DNA from: an uncultured bacterium | GTDB lineage: Bacteria; Cyanobacteriota; Vampirovibrionia; Gastranaerophilales; Gastranaerophilaceae | Direction of reading: 5' to 3' | Length of the DNA: 64,000 nucleotides | Assembly (NCBI GenBank): GCA_900319365.1 | Contig: ONOE01000007.1 | Coordinates: forward strand, 1,792-65,791 | Shown here: piece by piece, positions 37,301 through 44,990 of the stretch | Numbering within the stretch: the first letter of the stretch is position 1 | How the letters are laid out: each line of letters begins with the position of its first letter | Position numbers and translations under genes: made by a program | Notes under the pieces: model-generated | Told to the model about the DNA's origin: nothing | Databases searched by the model: none | What the model saw: the letters and a program-made list of their open reading frames with translations, nothing else

Positions 37301-37483
37301 CGTATCGGTCAAACCAAAAAAGTATTTGTATACAGATTGATTACAAAAAATACGGTTGAAGAAAAAATCCAAAAGCTTAAAGGTGTAAAAAGAGATCTTG
37401 TAGACAGCGTAATATCCGTTGACAGAAATATTACGAAATCTCTTACAATGGATGACATCAGAGAAATCTTCTCGGTTGATTAA
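34301..37483 (+). CDS. SNF2-family helicase with an N-terminal SWIM zinc finger (complete, 1060 aa)
   Basis: SWIM [16 protein letters not shown]. Helicase motifs I [61 protein letters not shown] and VI [11 protein letters not shown]. Confidence 0.9.
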   Translation: [1060 protein letters not shown]

Positions 37484-37646
37484 ATTTGATTTCTTTTATT
37501 TTCTCCGTTTAAAAATGTTACAAAATTTATACCGAATATATTAATTTTTAAAGATTTATTTAATATAATCCGTATACTATCAGGTAATAAACAGTAACCC
37601 ATGGATTCTACATGTTAAGAAATATTAATAAAGAATTTATAAAATA

Positions 37647-37681
37647 GCAATAATTCAATAAAAGATGTTTTTTAATACATG
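37647..37681 (+). promoter_or_regulatory. GCAATA-N15-TTTTTTAATACATG element, copy 4 (degenerate; paralogous to copy 3)
   Basis: Same 15-nt spacing. As in copy 3, the 14-mer ends in ATG and is followed by TAGGT. It lies 24 nt before the ATG at 37706. Confidence 0.4.
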
Positions 37682-37705
37682 TAGGTCTAAAGTGCAAGGA
37701 ATAAC

Positions 37706-37978
37706 ATGATTCAAGAATCTTTAGAACTATATTTCAGAAGACTTTTAGACTTTCTGTTATACACAAAAAACTACATAATAAGGACAAATCCCATAAAGAC
37801 TTTATCCGAATCGGTAGTTGAAAGTATAAAAGATTTTCTGACAGTAAAAAAGAAATTGAAAATGGCTCAATACAGGCTAAATTATCACAGACACCAGCTT
37901 CAAAAGATGGAGCAGTTGATAGCCGAAAACAGCGATCACAGTTTCTTAAAAGGTTCCAACTTAGATCAAAGAAGGTAG
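37706..37978 (+). CDS. hypothetical protein (90 aa)
   Basis: ORF only. First reading frame after element copy 4, and 6 nt upstream of the next gene. Confidence 0.3.
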   Translation: MIQESLELYFRRLLDFLLYTKNYIIRTNPIKTLSESVVESIKDFLTVKKKLKMAQYRLNYHRHQLQKMEQLIAENSDHSFLKGSNLDQRR

Positions 37979-37984
37979 TTCAAA

Positions 37985-38317
37985 ATGGGTTTACTGATTG
38001 CAACAATTCAAAGACGTCAGCTCCGAATGGAGAGGTCTAATTTGCAATTCCAATTGCTTCTTATCACAAAAGCAATTGCGACTGCAGGTAAATCTACCAA
38101 CGAATTAATGCAAGTCGGTACCGATTATGAATCGGATTCTATCATTGCAAAACGTTTGCAAGAAAGACAATACAAGTTAAAATTAATGGAAGAATCATTG
38201 AGCTTGCAGAAAGAAGAAATTCAAACAAGACTGCAAGAAATTGATACCGAATTGAAATCCGTAGATGAAATGATTAGAGGAGAAATTCAGGATTTATTCT
38301 CTTATGGTAATCACTAA
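37985..38317 (+). CDS. MG[FL]L-type coiled-coil protein (paralog of 28604-29131)
   Basis: 110 aa. The N-terminal and coiled-coil similarity to 28604-29131 is described there. Confidence 0.5.
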   Translation: MGLLIATIQRRQLRMERSNLQFQLLLITKAIATAGKSTNELMQVGTDYESDSIIAKRLQERQYKLKLMEESLSLQKEEIQTRLQEIDTELKSVDEMIRGEIQDLFSYGNH

Positions 38318-38944
38318 TTAAAATCCAGTGCTGAGGAATAAATTTATGGTATCGTTCATAACAACAGATTGTCTTTGATACTGTTGTGATTTTGTTTCGA
38401 GTTCGGCGATTTGTTTTTTATAATCAAGAATATTTCTTTGGCATTCTTTTGCTTTATTTGAAAGCACTTCCTGAACCTGTCTTGCTTCTTGCAATACGGA
38501 TTTCATCGGAATGCCGAGAGCTTCCATTGTTTGTCTTATAATAACGGCGCCTGTTTGTTTGGTTACGCCTGCGGGAAGCTTTGAAATAAGATGGTTCAAA
38601 ATTACAACATTGTGCGGATATTCAACATCTGTTTGAACCGTCATAAAATTATCCGCCGATAAATTATTATTTAAGCTGTTTTGAAAAGCGGTATCAATGT
38701 CTGAAGTGCTAAATGACGGTATGTCCCGTACAGGAGCCTGTACCTCGGGTTCAACGGTTTTTTGTTCCGTTTCAAGAGAGTCATTAATATCTTCTGGGGT
38801 TGAAACTTCATCTTCTTTTACGTTTGAAATTTTAATATCATTGCTTTGTGTCGATTTTACGGGACTTGATACGTTCCCTGCACTTTGCATTTTCAAAGCT
38901 TCAACTATCTTTTTCCCCACATTATCGCTAATTTTGTCAGTCAT
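38318..38944 (-). CDS. hypothetical protein (208 aa)
   Basis: ORF with a strong promoter upstream. An acidic, disordered-looking N-terminal half is followed by a helical C-terminal half. No family recognised. Confidence 0.5.
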   Translation of the reverse strand: MTDKISDNVGKKIVEALKMQSAGNVSSPVKSTQSNDIKISNVKEDEVSTPEDINDSLETEQKTVEPEVQAPVRDIPSFSTSDIDTAFQNSLNNNLSADNFMTVQTDVEYPHNVVILNHLISKLPAGVTKQTGAVIIRQTMEALGIPMKSVLQEARQVQEVLSNKAKECQRNILDYKKQIAELETKSQQYQRQSVVMNDTINLFLSTGF

Positions 38945-38976
38945 TTTAACCTCTTTAACCCTTTCAATCCAAAATA

Positions 38977-39005
38977 ATTATATAAAAGACATGTTATTTT
39001 TGCAA
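38977..39005 (-). promoter_or_regulatory. consensus-like sigma-70 promoter TTGCAA-N17-TATAAT for 38318-38944
   Basis: On the minus strand, TTGCAA is at 39005-39000, followed by a 17-nt spacer and TATAAT at 38982-38977. Useful as the local housekeeping-promoter reference. Confidence 0.5.
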
Positions 39006-39080
39006 GAATTTTAAAAATCATGCCCCTTGTTGAACGCTAAAAATATTCGTGCTAGTATCTTAAAAGATAGTGAGGGATGT

Positions 39081-40013
39081 ATGGATATTTCGGAAATCAG
39101 TGAAGTTAAGGAATTGTTATACGGTGCAAACGAACACCAGAAAGCAGGTATCGCTAAAATCGAAAGCGGTATCGAATATGAAATTTTAAGCAGAAATAAA
39201 GATTTAGGCTACATTGATTATATAAATTTGTCAGAAAATATCAGAGTTCTGGGTGAATTTTTTGATGTAAATGCGGCTGTTTTAACTCTTGAGGGAAGTA
39301 TATGCGCCGTTGCGCTTGCGGATAATCCGGAAAACGCATTTGAAAAAGTAATAGAAAGTAATCCGATTGCCGTTATGGGTGCAACATTAGGCTTTTCAAA
39401 AACTGTTTCATTGGAAGCCGCAAAAAAATGCGTATCTTTGAGAATAAAAAATATCATTTCGTGCGAGTTTTCAAAAGAAGCTTTCTCGTACTTGCTTGAT
39501 ACCGATATAAATATGGTCCTTGTAAAAAGTCCGCTGCATGAATTGCAGGGTTTTGAGGAAAAAGATATTAAAGTAACGCCGTTCGGGATTTTGGTTCAGG
39601 AACAGGATAAAAGCAAACTTACAAAAGAAAATTTCAAAATCGTTACTCAGGCAAAACCATCTCAAGAACAGCTTGAAGACGGGATTTTTGCTTGGAAAAT
39701 TTCTAAATATTTAAAAAGCTGCTGCGCCGTAGTTGCAAAGGATTTATGCGCAAGGGCAATAGTTTCGGGCAAATCAAATATGGTTGAAGCGGTTGAAGAT
39801 GCCGTTGATTTTGCGTGCGAAAATTCAAAAGACGGAGTTCTTGTTCTTGACAGCGCAATAGAAACAAAAGAAGTTATAAATGCCGCAATTCAAGGCAGAA
39901 TAGGACTTATCATCGAATCAGGAGATGGCAAAAAATCTTCTTCTCTTTTGAAATATGCCGACAAATACGGTATTGCAATGATATTTACCAAAATCAGAAA
40001 TAAAAGATATTAA
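39081..40013 (+). CDS. PurH-like AICARFT-domain protein lacking the IMP cyclohydrolase/MGS domain, with substituted catalytic motifs (probable pseudoenzyme or neofunctionalised paralog)
   Basis: Collinear with the AICAR formyltransferase half of PurH: LLYGANEHQ vs LRYGENPHQ, PSQEQLEDGIFAWKISKYLKS vs PS..EL.D..FAWKV.K.VKS, and YGIAMIFTKIRNKRY vs HGIAM.FT..RHFRH. However, KHANPCG becomes LEGSICA, GAGQ becomes SGKS, SDAFFPF becomes LDSAIET and PGGS becomes SGDG. Confidence 0.7.
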   Translation: MDISEISEVKELLYGANEHQKAGIAKIESGIEYEILSRNKDLGYIDYINLSENIRVLGEFFDVNAAVLTLEGSICAVALADNPENAFEKVIESNPIAVMGATLGFSKTVSLEAAKKCVSLRIKNIISCEFSKEAFSYLLDTDINMVLVKSPLHELQGFEEKDIKVTPFGILVQEQDKSKLTKENFKIVTQAKPSQEQLEDGIFAWKISKYLKSCCAVVAKDLCARAIVSGKSNMVEAVEDAVDFACENSKDGVLVLDSAIETKEVINAAIQGRIGLIIESGDGKKSSSLLKYADKYGIAMIFTKIRNKRY

Positions 40014-40028
40014 TAAAAGGATATAAAA

Positions 40029-40481
40029 ATGAGGCAAATAAAACCGTGGGATGAATATTTTCTTGATATGGCAAAAACTTGTGCAACCCGCTCAAATTGC
40101 ATAAGAGCGCAGGTTGGTGCGGTAATTGTCGGAGAAGATAAAAAAATCAAAGCAACGGGCTACAACGGAACGCCATCAAAGGTTGAGTCTTGTGCAGAGC
40201 GTGGCACCTGCTACCGAATTGAACATAATATCCCATCAGGCACAAAATACGAAACCTGTAGAGCAATTCATGCGGAGCAAAACGCTATCATTCAAGCAGG
40301 ACAAGACAGATGCAAAGATGCCACCATTTATATCTGGGGACATAATATAATTTGTATCCTTTGCAAAAGATTTATCGTTCAATCGGGCATAAAACATTGT
40401 GTCTTACAAAAAGATGAAAATTCCCCCATTGTAAGAGTTTCTGTTGACGATATCAGAAAAGAGCTTGAAGAAACCGTATAA
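40029..40481 (+). CDS. deoxycytidylate (dCMP) deaminase, ComEB-type
   Basis: Zinc motifs HAEQNAI and ICILCKRF (CxxC). The size and N-terminal WDEYFLDMA are typical. Confidence 0.9.
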   Translation: MRQIKPWDEYFLDMAKTCATRSNCIRAQVGAVIVGEDKKIKATGYNGTPSKVESCAERGTCYRIEHNIPSGTKYETCRAIHAEQNAIIQAGQDRCKDATIYIWGHNIICILCKRFIVQSGIKHCVLQKDENSPIVRVSVDDIRKELEETV

Positions 40482-40482
40482 T

Positions 40483-40911
40483 TTATGAGGGGATTTTTTT
40501 AGTATGGTGCGGGTTCCCGAATCTGAAATGTTTTGCAAGCCATCCGCCTGCGGCAGAGAAAATCCCGCCTGAAAGTATCGGATATTCTTCTGCTGATTGA
40601 GCAGCGGACGGGGATGTTGTTGCAAGAACTTTTTCGGCTGCAAACGGAGCAATTCCGAATGAATCAGCTCCGATGGCGTGTGCACTGAGCCCTGCGCCGG
40701 CCACAGATGAACCGAGTGCGGCTGTATTTGCAAGCGGTACGGCTGTTCCCGTGCTCATAGATAAAGTCAGGTTAGTAGAGCCTGAAACAACCTTTGCTTC
40801 GGGCGGTAAATTTTGATAAGCCTCATTAAATTGTTTGGCAAACTTTTCAGGGTCTTTTATAATTCTGATTCTTCCCTCAAATGCGGGTGAGCTGATTTTT
40901 TGTACTTGCAT
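40483..40911 (-). CDS. hypothetical Ala/Gly/Ser-rich protein (142 aa)
   Basis: ORF preceded by AAGGAG and a TTGCAT-N18-TATTAT promoter. No family recognised. Confidence 0.45.
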   Translation of the reverse strand: MQVQKISSPAFEGRIRIIKDPEKFAKQFNEAYQNLPPEAKVVSGSTNLTLSMSTGTAVPLANTAALGSSVAGAGLSAHAIGADSFGIAPFAAEKVLATTSPSAAQSAEEYPILSGGIFSAAGGWLAKHFRFGNPHHTKKIPS

Positions 40912-41117
40912 AATTTTTTACTCCTTAGAGATTTCATAATAGAACATTTTTAATGTTTAATGCAAGAGAATTTCTTTAATTGTTGCTTTTTGTAAATAAA
41001 TCATTAAGAAAAACATGCCATAAACAAAGAATTATCCTCCGTATGGTTGATTTTTAAAATAAAAGTTGAACTATCGGGGTAAAATAAAGTATTATAGAGT
41101 AGAAAGGCAGTAGAATT

Positions 41118-41453
41118 ATGACAGGTTATTTCCCGAATTATGATTTAGCAGGAAGAATACAACATACAAAGTTTGCATCAGGCTTTAATATGCCCAGCAT
41201 TCGTATGGACAGAGTTGAAAAGCCCGAAACGCAAGATTTTAAACAGGTATTTTCCGGACTTGTGGAAAATTTTAATCAGGATTTGAATGCTCCTGATGAT
41301 TTATTAAAAGATGTTATGCAGGGAAATAAAAATGTTGATATTCACGACGTTATGGTTGCGATGTCAAAAACAGAAATTAGTGTCAATATTGCAACTCAAA
41401 TGGTAGGTAAAGTTATAAATGCCTACGATAGAGTAATGCAAATCAACATATAA
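41118..41453 (+). CDS. fliE: flagellar hook-basal body complex protein FliE
   Basis: Size (111 aa) and the C-terminal DIHDVMVAMSKTEISVNIATQMVGKVINAYDRVMQINI match the FliE C-terminal signature (..V..KA....Q.R.K...AY.EIM.MQ.). Positioned directly before fliF. Confidence 0.75.
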   Translation: MTGYFPNYDLAGRIQHTKFASGFNMPSIRMDRVEKPETQDFKQVFSGLVENFNQDLNAPDDLLKDVMQGNKNVDIHDVMVAMSKTEISVNIATQMVGKVINAYDRVMQINI

Positions 41454-41502
41454 TTCGATTGCAATATTATAGTAAAAATAAAAATCAGACTGTGGGACAA
41501 AG

Positions 41503-43236
41503 ATGGATTTTAGCAAAATTACGGAAAACAAGCCTTTATTTTACGGCATAATCGGCGGGGCTATACTGATTGTAGCCATAATAATAATGACAATAATTAT
41601 TGCGGTCAGCTCGGCAGGCAGTAAGGGAGAAGTTAAAAGCGTAGGTTCTGAACCTTTAAAATCAAATGTTGAACTTTTAACAACGGATAATATCGGTAAA
41701 GCTCTGGAAATTCAGGCAATGCTTGCAAAACAAGGGATTGTTGCAGAAAGATCTTTAGACGGTACAAAATCCAAATTGTTCTTGAATGCTAAAAATTGTT
41801 CGAATTTAACGGCAAAATGTACGGTTAACGATAGAGATAAAGCAATTATTGCAATTGTTCAAAGCGGTCTTGTCGACCAAAACGTAGGGTTGGAAATTTT
41901 TGATAAGGGTGATTTTACTTCAACCAAAGAAGATAAAAGAATTCGTCTTGCAAGAGCTATGAACGGTGAATTATCAAGACTTATCAAACAAATTCCGCCC
42001 ATTCAAAGTGCTACGGTATTTATTTCAATCCCCGAAAACAATTCAATGTTTGATGAGCAAAAACCTCAAACGGCTACAGTTCAACTTGTTATGCCTGTCG
42101 GGGAAAAGCTTGATCAATCAAAAGTTAAAGCGATTTCCAACTTGTTACTCGGCAGCGTTACGGGTTTGAAAGCTGAAAACATAGCAATAACCGATACAAA
42201 CGGTAATACTTATCATAGCATAATGGACGCTGAAGATGAAATGCTTGAAAGACTTGAAGAAAATGATAAGTATATGCAGCAAAAAGTTTCAAAACAGTTA
42301 GACAGGTTGGTCGGACCGGGAAATTATGTCGCAACCGTAAGTACATTCTTGCGTCAATCTCCCGTTGAAAAATTTACGATTGATTATGACCCGCAAAGAA
42401 AAACCGCTGTTTCTCAACAGTCTTTTTCTGAAGGGTTAGGCGATAAAACAGCGGACCAAAGCCGTGGTATAAATGCGGTAAGTACATATCTTCCCAACGG
42501 ACTTCCGACGGGCGGAACCGATTCAAGTCAGGACAGAAGTTATTCAAGAACCGCAACAGAAACTCAATACGGGGTTACAAAAACCCAAACAAACGAATAT
42601 ATGAAGCCCGGCGTGGTTGAAGATATTTCAATTGCCGTAACTTTAGACAGAAACAGCATTCCTGCCGATACGACAATGGAAGAAATGAAAGATTTGATTG
42701 CTCGTGCAGCAAGCCCGAAAGTTACTGCTGCAAATGTTTCTATCGCATTTTCAAATTCAAACGATCCTTATTTATCACCCGATAAACAGCAGAACTTACC
42801 TAAAGTCGATGAGTCGGGCAACCCTTGGTGGCTTGCACTCCTTATAACCGCAATAGGTATCATTATTACGTTCAAAGCTGTTACGGCAAAAGTTAAACAG
42901 ATTAAAGAAGAAAATCAGGTTGAAGTTGATGCATTACGTCAAAAAGCCTTAGAACAGGAACAGCAGTTGAATGATATCAATTCCCGTGCGAGCCAGTTAA
43001 CTCAAAGACAATCAGAACTTGCACAAGATTTGATGAACAAAATTCAAAATCAAGGTGCAATTCCTCAACGTGCACCGTTTGATGAGAGCCTGCTTGATAA
43101 TTCGTTAGATGTTATATCAAATGAATTGAGCGAAGATGCGGCAGATAAGATTAAGAGCTGGATAGAAGACGGCTCGGGTAAAACAGGTGCGGGCGCATCG
43201 GGTAATAATCAACCTCCGAAAGGTCAGGGTCAATAA
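41503..43236 (+). CDS. fliF: flagellar M/S-ring protein FliF
   Basis: N-terminal TM, a YscJ/FliF secretin-ring domain (ARAMNGELSRLI, ATVFISIPE, TATVQLVM, VTGLKAENIAITDTNG), a second TM near residue 440 and a cytoplasmic C-tail. Confidence 0.88.
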   Translation: MDFSKITENKPLFYGIIGGAILIVAIIIMTIIIAVSSAGSKGEVKSVGSEPLKSNVELLTTDNIGKALEIQAMLAKQGIVAERSLDGTKSKLFLNAKNCSNLTAKCTVNDRDKAIIAIVQSGLVDQNVGLEIFDKGDFTSTKEDKRIRLARAMNGELSRLIKQIPPIQSATVFISIPENNSMFDEQKPQTATVQLVMPVGEKLDQSKVKAISNLLLGSVTGLKAENIAITDTNGNTYHSIMDAEDEMLERLEENDKYMQQKVSKQLDRLVGPGNYVATVSTFLRQSPVEKFTIDYDPQRKTAVSQQSFSEGLGDKTADQSRGINAVSTYLPNGLPTGGTDSSQDRSYSRTATETQYGVTKTQTNEYMKPGVVEDISIAVTLDRNSIPADTTMEEMKDLIARAASPKVTAANVSIAFSNSNDPYLSPDKQQNLPKVDESGNPWWLALLITAIGIIITFKAVTAKVKQIKEENQVEVDALRQKALEQEQQLNDINSRASQLTQRQSELAQDLMNKIQNQGAIPQRAPFDESLLDNSLDVISNELSEDAADKIKSWIEDGSGKTGAGASGNNQPPKGQGQ

Positions 43237-44267
43237 TGGCTGTTAAAGGATTTGATTATGAGGGCTTTGCGCAAAACCTTGCGGGGCAGGCGCAGGATTT
43301 AGTTCCCAATGAGTTTTCGCCCGATGAAAAACAATATGTCATAAATACGCTCGGCAATTTTGCAATGATGGCGGGAAAAGCCCTTGCAGAAGATAAAAGC
43401 TTAAATTTTGATGCAGATACCTGTACTTATATCACCCAAATTATTGCGGAATGGTCGTTCCATAAATCCGTTGATACTATAAGAGCTGGAATCCCAAGAC
43501 AACATTGGGATTCTGTAATGCAAAGAATTGCGTATACCATTTTTGAAGTCGCAAAACAGGCATTTACTCAGAAATTACCAAACGATCAAATTATTGAATT
43601 AATCGAACATCATGTAAATAAAGCATACAATGATGCCCTTGAAGATTTGAAAAATAAAGGTATTATTGATGAAAGTTTGGAAAAATTTGCGGCATCTCAA
43701 AATAACATGAATAAAATGGCGCAAGAAATGCAGCAACAAGCAGCCCAACAGGCAGCAGCGCAAGTTGCGGGTGCTGATCCAAACTCCGTTCCTCAAGCTG
43801 CGCAAAATCTTCCGCAGGCTGTTCCCGCATCTGGTGCTCTTGCACAAACCGAGCCCGAACCTAAAGCCCTAAAACTTGCAACGGTTGCAATGCTCTTTAA
43901 GAGAATGAATCAAGACAGAGTTCAAACTATGCTTGATAAATTTGAAGATCAGGATGCGCAGGACGTTATAAGATATATGAGGCTGCCTGATTTAACTCAA
44001 AGAGTCGGAGTAGAAAATGCCTTGAGGTGTTTGCAGGAAATTAAACTTCAACTTCCGAAAGCTTCAGATCTTGCACCTATGTTAGTTGTTAAAAAGATTA
44101 AGAATTTTGCATCAAAATATACGGAAAATGAACTTGAAACTATTCTCATAAAAGAGCGTATCGGGGTTAAAAGACTTGTATTTACGGCATTAGAGGATAA
44201 ATATTATGAAAAAATCCCTCCCAAAGTTGCAAGTATTGTTGCCACGCACCTGCAAAATAGTGTATAA
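43236..44267 (+). CDS. atypical FliG-like protein: unknown 210-aa N-terminal region plus a FliG_N-like domain; no recognisable torque-generating C-domain
   Basis: KALKLATVAMLFKRMNQDRVQTMLDKFEDQDAQDVIRYM resembles the FliG N-domain (KAA.LL..LG...A..V...L...E...L). It occupies the fliG position between fliF and fliH, with a TAATG overlap with fliF. Confidence 0.55.
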   Translation: MAVKGFDYEGFAQNLAGQAQDLVPNEFSPDEKQYVINTLGNFAMMAGKALAEDKSLNFDADTCTYITQIIAEWSFHKSVDTIRAGIPRQHWDSVMQRIAYTIFEVAKQAFTQKLPNDQIIELIEHHVNKAYNDALEDLKNKGIIDESLEKFAASQNNMNKMAQEMQQQAAQQAAAQVAGADPNSVPQAAQNLPQAVPASGALAQTEPEPKALKLATVAMLFKRMNQDRVQTMLDKFEDQDAQDVIRYMRLPDLTQRVGVENALRCLQEIKLQLPKASDLAPMLVVKKIKNFASKYTENELETILIKERIGVKRLVFTALEDKYYEKIPPKVASIVATHLQNSV

Positions 44268-44279
44268 TATTGTCATATT

Positions 44280-44981
44280 ATGATAATTAAGAAAAATAAA
44301 AATCACAATCAGGGGATAGAAAATCAAAATACTGCGGTTCAAAATAAACAAGTCAAAGAGGAGCAAAATGAAGAGCAAATCGACTTGTTTGATTTGGATC
44401 ATATTGACTTTAAACAAAGAAACGAGCGCCGCAAGGGCGACCGCCGCAGAGGGTTTCGCCGAATTGATGACCGAAATTTGATTTCCAGAGCAAGAGAAGA
44501 AGCCGATTCGATTAGAGAAAACGCCTCAAAAGACGGTTATCAGGCGGGACTTGATATGGCAAAAGAGGATCTTGAACTTTTCAAGCAGGGACTTGATGTT
44601 TTTTACGGTGCAAAACAGGAAGTTTATGATGCTATCGCTCCTGATATTTTGGATATAAGCCTTGATATTGCAAAAAAAATTATTAAAAGAGAGGTAAAAG
44701 AAAACCCTGACATAATTTTAGAAAATATCAAGGAGGTATTAAAAAATCTTTCAAAAGAAGAAACTAAAATTATCATAAAGGTTAATCCCGCACAGGCAGC
44801 AATGCTGAAGCAAGCAGTACCCGAACAGATTTCTGTTGCGGGCTTGGATGCAAAAGTTGTTATTATTCCCGATGAAAATACCATGGAGGGCGGATGCCTT
44901 GTTACCACGACAAACGGGGTAATTGATGCAACTCTTGAATCTCAAATAGATATCATATCGGCAGCTTTGAAGGAAGTATAG
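44280..44981 (+). CDS. fliH: flagellar assembly protein FliH
   Basis: Basic N-terminus, then a FliH/NtpE-type region (REEADSIRENASKDGYQAGL...) and a C-terminal GGCLVTTTNGVIDATLESQIDII typical of FliH. Confidence 0.75.
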   Translation: MIIKKNKNHNQGIENQNTAVQNKQVKEEQNEEQIDLFDLDHIDFKQRNERRKGDRRRGFRRIDDRNLISRAREEADSIRENASKDGYQAGLDMAKEDLELFKQGLDVFYGAKQEVYDAIAPDILDISLDIAKKIIKREVKENPDIILENIKEVLKNLSKEETKIIIKVNPAQAAMLKQAVPEQISVAGLDAKVVIIPDENTMEGGCLVTTTNGVIDATLESQIDIISAALKEV

Positions 44982-44990
44982 TGAAGTAGT

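Noticed and set aside
37509-37540. Sigma-28-like promoter TAAA-N17-ACCGAATA upstream of the 37706/37985 genes
   Set aside because: The -10 has an extra base relative to GCCGATAA and the spacer is too long. The degenerate regulon element at 37647-37681 explains this region better.
41070-41090. Reverse-oriented partial copy of the regulon 14-mer (ATACTTTATTTTAC on the minus strand) upstream of fliE
   Set aside because: Only the first 9 nt match. There is no GCAATT at -15, and it points away from fliE, 170 nt from the minus-strand gene. It overlaps a plausible TTGAAC-N18-TATTAT promoter for fliE instead.
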